Positions 33,631 to 46,146 of a stretch of DNA of 64,000 nucleotides are shown piece after piece. The notes beneath the pieces were generated by a model. It did not search any database. It saw only the letters and a program-made list of their open reading frames with translations, and had not been told where the DNA came from. The DNA is taken from contig JAPEUI010000006.1 in assembly GCA_026025075.1 (NCBI GenBank), positions 186,001 through 250,000 of the forward strand. Direction: 5' to 3'. Made by a program: the position numbers and the translations under genes. This DNA comes from Vezdaea acicularis (Eukaryota). Numbering within the stretch: the first letter of the stretch is position 1; every line of letters begins with the position of its first letter.

Positions 33631-35538
33631 ATGGAGCCACCACCACCGCCTCCGCCCCCTCACTCTGATGGCCCAAAAGCCTCAGGGCTTCCACATGGGA
33701 ATTACGACATCTTCATCATTCCCCCTCACTCATCGGGCTCGGGGTTCCTATATTTACCTTCTCTCACCCCCCACCGCAACAGCTTTCTAGCCGGAGTAGC
33801 ATGCACTCTGACGTCAGTGCTTGCGCTCCAAACAGTCACTCCTGTCCTAAAGGATTGGTTCAGATCAATGGTGGCCACCGGTGGTAACAGTGTTATGGTA
33901 TTGATGATCGCAGTCGGGATCGCTGGCTGGGCGTGGGGCAAGACACAAACGGAGACATCAGGGCCAGGGCCTAAAGGTGGTGATAGACCAAAGCCAGACG
34001 AGCGCCCTTTCGGTGGTACTCCCAACGGCCCACCTCCCCCTCCGGGTGGTGTACCTGATCCCCATGCCCAGGGCGGCTTTCCTCACGCAAGTGGCGGCCC
34101 ACCACCAAGCGGGTATGCCCAAGGTGGCTTCCCTCATGCTGGCAACGGCGTCCCGCCCAGACCAAAACCGACGTGGCAAAGGGCACACCAGAGCTCATCT
34201 GGGGCTGGTGGGTTTGCTGCTAGTGGAGCAAGATCAGGCTGGGAGAAGGCAAAGGAAGAAACAAGGAAGAGGGAAGAAGAACGGAGGAGAAAGGAGGAGC
34301 AGGCAGAACAGGAGCGTCGTAGGAAGGAGGAACAAGAGGAACAAGAGAGGAAGGCAAAGGAAGCAGCAGAGAAAGCAAAATGGGAACAAGCCCGTACTAG
34401 AGAGCGTGAGGCCCGAGAGCGAGAAGCTCGGGAACGCAGGGAGAAAGAACAGAAGGAGCAAAGGGAGAAGGAGAGACTGGAGAGACTGGAGAGACTGGAG
34501 AGACCGGAGAGGTCAGAAAGACCGGAGAGACCAGAAAGACCAGATAGACCAGAGAGAGCCAGAACTGCTTACGCACCTTCAAACGCTGAAGGACGCTCTG
34601 ACGCCCGCCCACCAAGGCCGCCGCCATCTACACCTTCATCACCAAGAAAATCTCACCAACAGCCCACAGCTAAAACGTATCTCGGTTCTGATGAAGAAGC
34701 CTATTCTTTCCGCCCATACGACAAACCTAAACGCCCTACTAACAAACAACAATCTCAATCTTCCATGTACTCCGAGTCGTCCTACGCCGCATCCCAATCA
34801 ACCTCAAGAACGACACCCCCGCCCTCTCACCGCGGCCCGTACACCACAAAGGACCCTGACAAGATTGTCATCAAAGGCGTCTATTCTTTCAACAACGCTT
34901 ATACCAAATTACCCACCGCTCAGCTTGTGTCAGGAGTAGGTTCCGTTACGGACGGGCTCATCTTACGCATTACCACTGAAGGTCTCTTCATCGATGACGA
35001 TGTTCGCGGCGTTCCACAACGAGAATGGGACGTCAAAGCGTGGACAATGAAGCTGGTAGAGGTATGGTGTTCATCTCTTTTGGATCGTAGTCAAAATATC
35101 ATCAGTGATGAAAAGACCTCGCCAGGAAAGCGAGCATTGTTTAGCTTACGGTCGAGCTCTCCAGAGGAAACGTTAGATGCAAAATCTAACGTTTTTCTGG
35201 ATTTTTTTTCCAAAAGTTGCAGTTCAAGCTGCAACCATTTATCTCCTCTTGTCCTCTCTTCTCCTGACAAATTGTCGTCAGCGCCCAAAATTACCAGTAC
35301 TAACGATAAACTTTCCGACATGCAGAGCACTGAGTTTAAGGGCTTGCACCTCCTTCGAGCTAGCATCCGGGACCAGGAGGGTCGCAAGTACCTCTTCGTT
35401 CTCGAGGAGTCGGAAAGCTGGAAAGTTGCAGTCGGACTTCAACGATTAAGACGAGGAACACAGGTTCGTGCTCTGGGCGTGAGCGGCCTGGGCAATGCAG
35501 AGGCGAAGGGGATTTTAGAGAGCTTGGGTTGGACTTGA
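33631..35538 (+). CDS. Conserved fungal protein with N-terminal TM hairpin, Pro/Gly region, E/R/K coiled coil and conserved C-terminal domain
   Basis: LPHGNYDIFIIPPHSSGSGFLYLPSL, two hydrophobic segments, GVGSVTDGLILRITTEGLFIDDDVRGVPQREWDVKAWT; probable intron 35062-35325. Confidence 0.85.
   Translation: MEPPPPPPPPHSDGPKASGLPHGNYDIFIIPPHSSGSGFLYLPSLTPHRNSFLAGVACTLTSVLALQTVTPVLKDWFRSMVATGGNSVMVLMIAVGIAGWAWGKTQTETSGPGPKGGDRPKPDERPFGGTPNGPPPPPGGVPDPHAQGGFPHASGGPPPSGYAQGGFPHAGNGVPPRPKPTWQRAHQSSSGAGGFAASGARSGWEKAKEETRKREEERRRKEEQAEQERRRKEEQEEQERKAKEAAEKAKWEQARTREREAREREARERREKEQKEQREKERLERLERLERPERSERPERPERPDRPERARTAYAPSNAEGRSDARPPRPPPSTPSSPRKSHQQPTAKTYLGSDEEAYSFRPYDKPKRPTNKQQSQSSMYSESSYAASQSTSRTTPPPSHRGPYTTKDPDKIVIKGVYSFNNAYTKLPTAQLVSGVGSVTDGLILRITTEGLFIDDDVRGVPQREWDVKAWTMKLVEVWCSSLLDRSQNIISDEKTSPGKRALFSLRSSSPEETLDAKSNVFLDFFSKSCSSSCNHLSPLVLSSPDKLSSAPKITSTNDKLSDMQSTEFKGLHLLRASIRDQEGRKYLFVLEESESWKVAVGLQRLRRGTQVRALGVSGLGNAEAKGILESLGWT
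34471..34560 (+). repeat. Coding 9-nt tandem repeat (ERL/ERP)n
   Basis: gagagactg x3, then gagagaccg/gaaagacca variants, encoding ERLERLERLERPERSERPERPERPDRPER. Confidence 0.8.
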
Positions 35539-35856
35539 GGAATGCTAGATGCTTCCTTCGCGAAATTACATTCTTTGGGGAGGTTTGCGGCGTGATGCCT
35601 TGCGATCTCGGCATTTTACATCATTTGCGCTCGGATCGGTCGCATCGCAATTGTTGGATTGCACAGCATCTCATTCACAGCCAAAGGCATCAGCGAAGGA
35701 GTTTCATTTGGTCATCGTGAGGGGCGTACGATGCTGGTGATTCGATTCTTTACATTGGACTCTTGAGATGTACAGATAGGGTCATGAAACAATTCATGAA
35801 AGATGATATTGAAGGTGCCTTTTGTTCCAATCAAAACGTCGATGGCTTCTTCCCCA

Positions 35857-36575
35857 TTACACGATCCGGTTAGAGATTGTAACTCCATACCACATTGTCG
35901 CTAGTAGCCCAGCAAGGTTCAGGAGCGATGAGACTCCATGCGTACGACCGAATCGCTTGTTCAGTACTGTCATCTCTTTCGAATGAGGAGGAGCATCGTA
36001 GCTCTTCTTGCCATCTCGTGTCTCTAGAGCAACGAACATTCATGAGCTTCGATCTGGCAGCTGACTAAGTAGAGATTGTATACCTTGGTGCTTGCGCTCC
36101 CTCATAATCTTCGTCGTCAACGGCCCCACCACCACCAAGTTAAGAACGCTCGTTCCGAAAATAGTGAGTAGAGGTGCAAGGGTGGACCATCGATTACTCT
36201 CCGCAAACACGCCTGAAAGGCTAGATGCTGCTCCTAATGGTGACCTTTCACCTGGGTACGTCAAGGCCAAAGCTACCGGTAACGCGCTCTGCAGACTGAA
36301 GTAGACGGGGAATATAGCTTGCTGTAGCGAGGAGAACTGCGGTCTGGAGAGCACTTTGTAGCCGACGACTCCTGCGATGAAGGACTAGCAGGCTGATCAG
36401 TAGTCTTCGATGATGGCTTCCAGGATACTCCATTACCTGATAGACCTGGGTACCAAGGAGTGTCCCATAGCTAGATATACTTCAGCAAGCAAGCCCCTTC
36501 GAAGCTACAATGGGGGATCTCGCACGTTATGATATGGTATGGACCAGGGGTGGACAACACGGAAAGGTCAGGCAT
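35857..36575 (-). CDS. DUF4149 / TMEM205-like membrane protein, 4 exons
   Basis: MPDLSVLSTPGPYHII|YGTLLGTQVYQ|SFIAGVVGYKVLSRPQFSSLQQAIFPVYF...IMRERKHQ|ETRDGKKSYDAPPHS...FGRTHGVSSLLNL. Confidence 0.88.
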
Positions 36576-36837
36576 CCTGATCGTAGCAATTAGCTTTGGT
36601 GTAGCGATAGCAGCAATTTTGATGTATCTGAGAAGATGTAAAAACCTTTAATATGGACTCACTCTTTTCATGACGTATAGGATACTAGTTTAAATTTTAC
36701 ACGTGCGTTCGCGACTGCCTACGCGTTCGCCTGAATACCGAGATCCCAAGAAACTCGCGACGCATTATTTTGAGCGTGATGGCTTTCCGGGGAACCGCAT
36801 TGCGAGAAGCAAGGACTATCGGCCACGAGATTTCCAA

Positions 36838-39463
36838 ATGGCCGACAAAGAAGCTACCATTTACATCATTGACATTGGGAGGTCAATGGGCAGGTGCAGC
36901 AATGGGCGCTCAGAAACGGACCTAGAATGGGCAATGCACTATGTCTGGGACAAGATTACTGCAACGGTACTATCTGTGCGCGCTTGTCTTTGGTCTCACT
37001 AACAGCATGAAGGTAGCAACCAATCGGAAAACATTAAATATTGGAGTCTTAGCATTGAAGACAGATAGTGAGAAAGGACCGGGTACGCTTGAGTAATCAA
37101 GCTAATCTATTCCTAAGAGACCAGAAATGATCTGGGCGCAGAAGAAGCCTTTCAGCATATCTCTGTCATACATCCAATATCCCAGTAAGATTCTGATCTC
37201 CAGCCTTTGTTACTTCCGAGGTTTATGATTGCTTGTAGGATATTACTCCCAACGCTTAAAGATTTACAAAGAAAGATTAAAACCAGTGCGACAGATGAGG
37301 GCGATGGTAAACGCTGTTTCAGCCTAGCTTGATCGAATCTATAGAGTAGCTCACAGTCTGCTAGCGATTTCAGCAATTGTTGTCGCCATTCAACTCATTG
37401 AGGCATACTGCAGGAAGTTGAAATACATCAAGAAAATTGTCTTGGTAACTAATGGCGAAGGAGAAATGGATGACGATGATCAACTCGAAGAAATATCGGG
37501 GAAGATTAAAGAGGATGGTATTGAACTTACCATCTTGTTAGTAAACAATCCATCATCAATGAACTCTAATCCTAACTTCTCAGGGGTGTCGACTTCGATG
37601 ACCCAGATTATGGCGTAAAAGAGGAGAACAAAAGTACCTCTAAAGCGCGTAATGAAGCCCTATTGAAGACTTTGTCAGAAGCCTGTAATGGTGTATTTGG
37701 AACGCTGAAGGAAGCTATCGAGCAAATGGGTATACCAAGGCTAAAAACCGTTCGACCAGTATTCTCATATAGGGGTGTACTCACTTTGGGCGATCCTGAA
37801 AACATAGAGAAGACGCTAAGCATTGACGTTGAACGCTTCCCTCGTACAATGGTTGCACGAGCTCCTGGGGCGAGTAATTTCATAGTTCGACCAGGTGCGG
37901 CGCAAGGAGATTCAAGCGTCCAATCGTCGGCGACGCTTCAAGAGAACCATGCGGCTGAAGATTCAACTCTATTGGAAACGGTCAGAAATGCCAGGACGTA
38001 TGAAGTAGTAGATGAAACCGCTCCGAAAGGCAAGATTGAGGTCGACCGAGAAGAATTAGCTAGAGGTTATGAATATGGGCAGACGGCAGTGCATATAAGC
38101 AAATCAGACGAAAATGTCACAAGACTAGAGACTGTGCCAGGCTTGCAGATAATTGGCTTCGTCCCACAAGACAAGGTATCACCCTCTGTAAAAATGGGCG
38201 AGGTGTGGTATTGACCTTGCACTAGTACGAAAGATATATGAACATGTCTGTGTCATGTATTATCATCGCTCAGAAGGCCAATGACAAGGCTCAGATGGCG
38301 TTATCTTCCCTCATACATGCTCTTTATGAGCTGGATTCGTATGCCGTTGCAAGGATAGTGCGAAAAGCTGGCAATGAACCATTGATCATTTTGATGGCTC
38401 CTTCTATCGAGCCTGACTACGAGTGCTTACTCGACGTCCAGCTGCCGTTCGCAGAAGATATGCGATCCTATAGTTTTCCACCTCTAGATAAGTTGATTAC
38501 TATCTCTGGTAAGACTTTGAAAGAGCACCGGAATCTACCAAGTGAGGGTTTAAACCAGGCAATGGATGAGTACGTTGATAAAATGGACTTGTCTACGTTC
38601 GGGACAGATGCAGACGGGTAGGATTTCTTGGCAAACTCCATGTTCGAGCTGACGAGGCAATACCTGTAGGAAAGCGGCTGAGTACATGGCGATGGAGGAA
38701 ACCTTCACGCCGATTCTACATCGAATCGACCAGGCTATCCGATGGCGGGCCGTTCATGAAACCGAACCCATTCCAAAGCCGTATGATATTCTCACCAAGT
38801 ATTCACATCCACCCGAACAGTTAGTCAAACAGTCGGTTTCATCACTTGACAAGCTTAAGGCGGCAGCGGAACTGAAGAAAGGTTAGACACTTGAATTAAC
38901 GACACATATCTCGCTGACTCTTTTACAGTACCTCCCAAAGTACAAGGCCGAAGGCGAAACCGGGAACAAAACAAGCCGCTGTCAGGGCTAAATGTTGAAG
39001 AATTGCTAGGGCATGAGAAACGAACCAGAATATCTCCTGAGAATGCTATTCCTGAGTTTAAGCAGTTCCTTGCTACTACAGAAGACCCTGGAGCCATTGA
39101 AGATGCTACTGAGCAGCTTTCCACGATTATTCTCTCTCAGATTAAAGATAGCTTTGGCGACAGTGGATATGGCAGGGCCATTGAGGAAATGCATGTGATG
39201 AGAGACGAGCTCATAGCTTTAGAGGAGCCAGCACTATATAACACATTCCTCAAGGATCTGAAGGTCAAGTTACAGGCTAACGAGCTTGGTGGAGACCGAA
39301 GAGACCTCTGGTGGGAAATCCGGGGAAACGGTCTGGGCTTAATTGATGAGGGCCAATCAGAATTTTCTGATGTTAGACAAGAGGATGCACGAGCGGTAGG
39401 CTGCATTCACGTAATATTCAGGATTCACAGGCTAACAAACCACAGTTCTTTTCCTTACTATAA
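36838..39463 (+). CDS. KU80: Ku80 (ATP-dependent DNA helicase II subunit 2), 10 exons
   Basis: [92 protein letters not shown]; nine frame-consistent introns. Confidence 0.95.
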
Positions 39464-40416
39464 TCCGTTCCAGGGTCTCGCTATGGAAATATTGGTGATG
39501 TCTTAGTTGGACGACACATACATTCATAGCTTCCTCGGTGAAATCTAATGGAGAGAAAAAAACTTTGACATCAGAATAGTGTTGAAGCAAGTGAATATTG
39601 CTCACATATATTGTATGGTCTCTCATGTTGCGCAAACCAGTCACAAAAGTAGCCAACCAGCCCCTAAACAGCCAAGCTTCATCTGTGCCAACAGAGCTCA
39701 ATTACTAGTAGTTTGGAGAGTCTCTGCAATTTTGCACAACCCCTCATGAAAACAAATGCTGCATGCGTCCAAATTTAAAGGCAGTAACATGGCGGATCCA
39801 GTATATTACCAGTTAAGTTCATCTCATAGAAGCGTGTATTATGCTTTAAATGTCCCTTAAAGGTGCGTTGTGGCAGCATAGTTCTCAGTGTTAGTCGGTC
39901 GTTGCTTCTTGAAAACATTGAAGGGTGTCAGTGTAGCCTATTTTGTGGCTGAAGATCACCGTGCTCGCCTCGCTTAAGCCTCCCTGTTCTAGATCCACTT
40001 CGCGTAATACAGCAGGACCGTCGCGAGACGACCGCGTCTCTTAAATCTCTAACAAAACCAGACGCACTTTCTTGACAGCAGAACGGTATCTTCCGTACAT
40101 ATGCGTGGCCCTCATGGTCGATCTTGAAGCTTGATTACATTTTCTTGGAGTGTGGACGGTTAGCAAGGGTTAGCAACTATTCAGACGGCGCCCATCAAGT
40201 ATCTCGGGACTGCTGTGTTGTGGTACCAGCGAGCCCTTCAAGTTAATCTCCCAATTTACCCTAAACCCAAAAGCACAAACAACATACACCATTTCACGAG
40301 CAAACGAAACCTTGCTGCTTCCCAATTCGACCTTGAGGAGTAGCTGCACAGAATTGTGATCCTCGAATATCGTCAAACCGGCCCTGCGGGAACCTACTGA
40401 AATTAGCATCGCAAAG

Positions 40417-42599
40417 ATGCCGCCTTCGTCAACCCGCAAAACCCGCACAAGGCGGGAACCCGAGAACCAAGAGACTTCTGAGATTGAGCTTGCCGATTCT
40501 TCCCCATCAAGGCCTGCGAAAAAGAAAAGAAGGGTAAGTAAATAAGCATCTAGCATATACATAGAAGCACAACTTACTAATCTAATTAACAGACTGACAC
40601 TGTAGAGAAGCGAAGTTCCCCAATAAAGGCAAAAAATGAAGATGTCGAACCTGTCGCCCCAGATTTTGATTCCTCTGGTCTCGTCGAGGATAGTCCTGAG
40701 AATTCAGAAGCATATTTGAACAACATTATTGCGAATCTGGCTATGCCTGCAGGAGATAGAGTAATGGTGTCGATTGATCACGCAAACATCATACATGAAC
40801 GAGAAAACAAAGAAGGAGTGCGAGCTTACGCGAAACTAGCAGGCAGGAATTGGACGTACTATGTCAAAGCTTTAACCGTCAGAATTGGACGTCCACCAGA
40901 TCCTATTCGTCCAAAGGTTGAGGAAGACCCATCAGCAGGGGAAAGTGGCATGCTTACAGCAGAGGATGATTCAAGTCTAGTCCATATTGACTTAGGGCCG
41001 AGCAAGCTCGTCTCAAGGCAGCATGCTACTATTGAGTACACCCAGAATGGCCCTTCGAATTGGCAGATCATAGTGCAGGGAAGGAACGGAGTCAAGATCG
41101 ACGAGTTCATGCTCAAACGAGGAACAAAGAAGGACTTGACCAGTGGCATGGTCTTAGATATTGGAGGTACTCAGATGATGTGGGTGACTCCAGATGAAGA
41201 ACCTTCCGTGCACCCAAACATAATCAACAAATCCCGAGAGGAGCAAAGCAACCTCAGGGAAGCTCGTCAGCAACTACCATCATTAGCCGGTAGACTCACA
41301 AGCTCTCAAGGCTATACGAATGCTTATGGTCAAGGTCCAGCCCTTGCCCCAGCTCCTTCAGACTACAATCGGCATGACTCCCCGGGTAATACAAGAGGCG
41401 GGAACCCGAAGAATTCACCAGTATTCAGAGGCGGGATGAGTATAGAGTCAACCGAAGACATTGACTATAGTCTTGACTCGAATCGAGAGCTGAAGCCTCC
41501 ATATAGCTATGCTACCATGATTGCGCAAGCGATTTTGTCCGCTGAGGACGAGAAGCTCACCCTTAACCTCATCTATCAATGGATAATGGAGAAATATGCA
41601 TTCTACCGGCATTCTAATTCAGGTTGGCAGGTGAGTTCCTTGAGTCTCCCGGTTGGAAATGTACTCTTTACTAACTCTGGTGATAAGAACTCTATTCGCC
41701 ACAACCTATCCCTAAACAAGGCTTTCGAGAAAATCCCACGCCGTACTGATGAGCCAGGCAAAGGCATGAAATGGCAGATCGTAGCAGCACACCGCGAAGA
41801 CTACACCAAGCGCGCTGCCCGCCCATCCAAGAACGCGGGACAACGTACATCTTCGGCTCCGAACTCTCCACTTACACGAGAGCCCCTAGCTACTGCCCAA
41901 TACCCCACATCTGGTCTTCCACAACCAAACTTTAGCTTCGAAGGGCCAAGAGAGAGGGGATCACTTCGACCAAATACTCCGCCCTATGGAGGGGCTCATG
42001 ATGCCCAGACGCCAACGCGTTCACTCCCCCAACACCCTCGAGGCGTGAATGGCACGCCCCCATCCGCTACACCCACACGCCCAACAAACAACCCTCTCCT
42101 TCCCGGCTTTGGCACTTCCCCACCTGCCTTTTCCTCCTCCTACCTCGACGAGACCTCCGGCGCACCCCTGGTAACACCCGCTCCAAGACGCCACAATCCT
42201 AAGCTGGCCCCTCCAAGCACCGCGCAGAAGCCGAGTACCGTGATGCCCACAACCTCATCCCCCGCCCCATTCTGGCAGTACTTCAACGAGATCCCGCCCA
42301 GCACACCCGCCCAGCCCAACTCCAGCCCGGTGAAGCAGCGCGCCACGCTCGCGAACGACAGCAGTCCCCCAGTCGCCGCAAGGAAAGAACTCGACAAGGA
42401 GCCTTTGCATACCAGCCCACCAGAGGCCAAACCTCAAGTCGGTGCGCCGAAGGAGAACGGTACTGGACCTGCTGACGGCCTCAACAATAATGCGCCACCT
42501 GCGGACGACGACGATGCGGATATGGGCGGCATCGACCTTGCGAGAGGCTTCACCTCGATCGGAAGCTTCCATTCTAACCTCACGAACGCAGCTGTCTGA
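40417..42599 (+). CDS. FHA-forkhead transcription factor (Fkh1/Fkh2-like), 3 exons
   Basis: FHA: AYAKLAGRNWTYYV...IDLGPSKLVSRQHA...GRNG; forkhead: KPPYSYATMIAQAI...GWQ|NSIRHNLSLNKAF...EPGKGMKW; introns ~40533-40592 and 41631-41687. Confidence 0.93.
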
Positions 42600-43141
42600 A
42601 ATAAGACTAGCAGCATGGTAATGTCACACTAGCTTCTCCTTTTCGATGACTGGTCGCGGAGTTCGGCGGCGCTTCCATTTGAGGCTCGTTCGGAGGTATT
42701 GTGTCTGTTCTGAGTACTCGGCATTTTTGCAGTCTCTTGTTTTGGGGCATGAGAACCCCCCTGCCTCCTACACATACCACCCTGAGGTCGTGGCTGTGTG
42801 CGAAGCAAAGGGAGGCTTGCTGCTACAGTCGGATGGAGTTGTTTTTTTCTTCCCGGGCTCAATCATCTCACGTTCCTCTCCCCTTCCTGGCCAGGCCAGA
42901 AGCATCTACCTCGTTTGGGTTATACGCTCTGCTAGGATAATATCGGGATGATAGTAGTAGCTAGCCTTGGTATGTAGTGACACGCTCTAGCATCCAGACC
43001 GTACAAAAAAGCATATCTCTCCACAAACGATATCGTCAATCCAACACACTTGTGACAGCCCTTGAGAACATTCACAAGTTAACCATAACGCCTAAAGACC
43101 CAGGGTATCTATCACACCGACAAACCGAGCCATCAAGCACA

Positions 43142-45350
43142 TCATACTCCCCCATCCCCATCCGCAGGCTCAGCCCCCAGCCCTCCTCCTCTTCCAGCCT
43201 CTTCAGCAGCCGCCTCCTCCTGCGCCACAACCGCGCCGCGCTCCTCCTTGACCCACTCCTCGATCCTCGCCCCCACATCACCGACCAACTGCTCATACTG
43301 CTGTCCGAGGAAGAAAAGGCCGCAATGGGCGCCCACCTCGTCGACGCCCTCCATGAAGACGCGAATCCATGCTGGATCCATGCGTCCGTCCTCTTTGGAG
43401 GGGGTGACGCAGAATTTGCGGTCGCGCTGCTTTTTCGATGATGGAACCTTTCCGGCTCGCTCGCCTGTTCGGGACTGCTCATGCTCGCTTTGGTTGGCGT
43501 CATGTGCGCTTCCATACTCTTGCTGATCTCCCCGCTCCAACCGCCCCCGCTCCCTCTCCTCCTTTCGCGCGAGCTGCTTCGCATCCTCCTTCGTGGCTTT
43601 CTCGCGCTCCATCCGCTCCTTCTTCAGACGGCTATCGAGCAGCTTCTGGCGCTCTTTGATGGTTTTAGCGCGGTCCTTTAGGGCGGTTTTATAGGCCTTG
43701 ACAGCGCGGGCGTGCGCCTTTTCAGCCAACTTGCGCTCGTCTTTTAGGGGGTATTGTGATGCGTCGAAGGCGGGGGGTTCTGGCGGAGACGGAGGAATTG
43801 GCGGGAGAGAGGGGGCGGGGGGAATGGTTGCTGCGGACTCAGTTCGGCTGGGGTGAGAACTCTGGGAAGCCATATCCTCTTCCCCAGTGTCTGACATTGG
43901 GGTGGGTGAGAGTCGGTCGAGCGTGGATAAGGCGTCTGGAAATCGGTCGTGGTCGTCCTCTCCGCATGGATTTTCCTCCTCGACGAGATCAACGGGAGCC
44001 TTAGAGGTGACCTCACCATTATCCCGATGCTCTTCTATAGATATACGAGGGCTAAGAGATGATGAGCGACCTTGGGCGTTCTCGTGGCTCGGCGCTTTCA
44101 GCTTCTCGGAGGGTTTTTTGAGCTTAGCGGCTGTTCCTGCAGGTGGTTTGGGGGCATTTAGACGGCCGGTGCTTGCTGTGTAATAGTTTACGAACCGGAC
44201 TCTTCTCTCGCCATGCCGTGTGTGCTCAAGATCAAGTTCATTGAAGTCCTCTAGGCCTCGGATGCGGTCATAGCGGTTCTTCAGTCCAGGATAATCTGCT
44301 AAGCAGCCCCCAAATTCCAGGTGAGAGGTAACGTATTGCTTTGTGGCTGTTCTGATCCCGTCAGAGTGCTTGACGAAGAAATGTAAAGCACTGTCCCAGC
44401 CTTTTCGCACTGGTATCCGGACGTCATTTGGAAAAGGGGGGTTGTAGTTCGGGTCATTTACTGGTGATGCGAAAGGTGATATTGACGATGTCTGAGACAT
44501 CTGCAAGGACAATGTGGAGTCTGTTAGTTCAGAGGACAGGGGTGTAGAGTCTGTTATATACGAAGACGCCAGGGCTATAGAGGTTGTCACAGGTCTAAAG
44601 AGATCTGAGGATCCTTGCGACTGCCCTTGCGACTGATTCTCCTGGGTATACAGAGCCTGCTTTGCAGCAGGGTCTGGCCCAGGCCGAAACAAACTGCCTA
44701 TGCCACTTGATATTACTCCAGGATGCATGCCAAGGAAAGGAGTATCGAAATTGATGGTTCCAAGAATTCGATGCCGAAAGTACCGGCTGGGATCTGGATC
44801 GCGAGGTGGGAGTAGGACGACCTCGGCGGATAGTATTCCTCCCATGCTATGTCCCAACAAGATGATATCCGTCTGAGGGGATTCATGGGGTGCTAGCCTT
44901 TGAGGAGTCCTTAGCCCACGCCATTGCCAAAGTGTCGGAAGGAGGTTACCAATTGCTAAAGTCATTCGCGGCAAAGTCGATCGTTTTCCTCGATTTGTAC
45001 CTTGGGTATATCTTCGTGTGCACGATGTGTGTTTCTGCAAGTAGAATGGTGACTAAATTGTGGACGTGGGCCGGGAAGCTCTGGAAACTTGTCTCGTTTC
45101 CCAAAAACCCGTGAACGTATATGAGCAGGAGGGTCCGTCGACCATCTCTACCTGACTCTGAAGGGACGAGAGATTGTGTAGAGGAGGATCGAGGGTCATG
45201 AGATGCCCATTGCTGATACATCGGGTGCGTAGGTTCACCATGGTGCTCGGAATGCTTGGGCGGTGGCAGTAGAGCTGGGGAGAGTCTGCAGGGAATCTGG
45301 TCTTGAGCTGATGAAGTACTCTCCGGTGGATTCACAACAATGGATTCCAT
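43142..45350 (-). CDS. Alpha/beta-hydrolase (DUF676-like putative lipase/serine esterase), 2 exons
   Basis: LLLIYVHGFLGNETSF, nucleophile motif GHSMGG, FDTPFLGMHPG, C-terminal MEGVDEVGAHCGLF; intron ~44949-44898. Confidence 0.88.
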
Positions 45351-45696
45351 TTCATGCAGGAGCACAATAAACTTCCTGCAGAGAAGCTTCCCTCGCTCTA
45401 AAAGGCATAGGTCCCAGCTGCAGCAGATGTAGGCACAGCGTTGGTAACTTTGACCTTAGCGAGCTTTCCAGGGTTTACGCAGTAAACAACGTCATTTTCG
45501 TGTGCAGCTTCACATCAAAAAGCAACTTTCGACTTTTATATCAAAACACACATTATGGTGGTATCTGAAACGCAGTTACCTCTTCCCAGATTATTGACAT
45601 GAAACCTTCCGCAAATATGAGATTCATCACTAGAGCTAGCCTGATGCCTTGGGACCGTCCCTGAACCCATGCACCCAAGTGGAACCACGGGTGCCT

Positions 45697-46146
45697 TCAC
45701 TTTTCACCATACAGCCCGTCAATTTCGCTGCTACCCTCCGGTCCTTGAGCCGTAGAGAACGGAGTAGATGAGGAGTTAGGAATAGCTGGGGTGCCTAGCA
45801 GGGGTGGTTGGATGGTGAGTTCTGGGTTGGCGTATACCTCAACCCCAATGGATTTGGAAGGCAAGACAGAACTAGAACCCACAGCCATATTCTGAGCCTT
45901 TATGAAGCCTGTTGCGAATCCAGAGTAATGCTGACTTCTCGTATCAGTATGTGACTCTGAGGGTACTGGCACCTGAAGATCATATCGATACTCCTCTAAA
46001 GGGGGTTAGTCCGCTTCAATAGCTACCATCAGATGAAAGGTTGGCTCAAGCATACCTTCGTCTCCATGGATTAGGCTAGGGGCACGCTGTTTGATAAACG
46101 GCCAGCATTCGTCCACTGAATGAGTTGATCCAATGACCAGACTCAT
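45697..46146 (-). CDS. Possible small spliced orphan protein
   Basis: A GTATGC(46055)...CTAAC...TAG(45996) intron joins two same-frame ORFs; no recognisable domain; start uncertain. Confidence 0.3.

Noticed and set aside
33977..34939. 320-aa alternative-frame ORF
   Set aside because: Overlaps purine-rich coiled-coil codons of the 33631 gene that lack stops in the +1 frame; no independent evidence.
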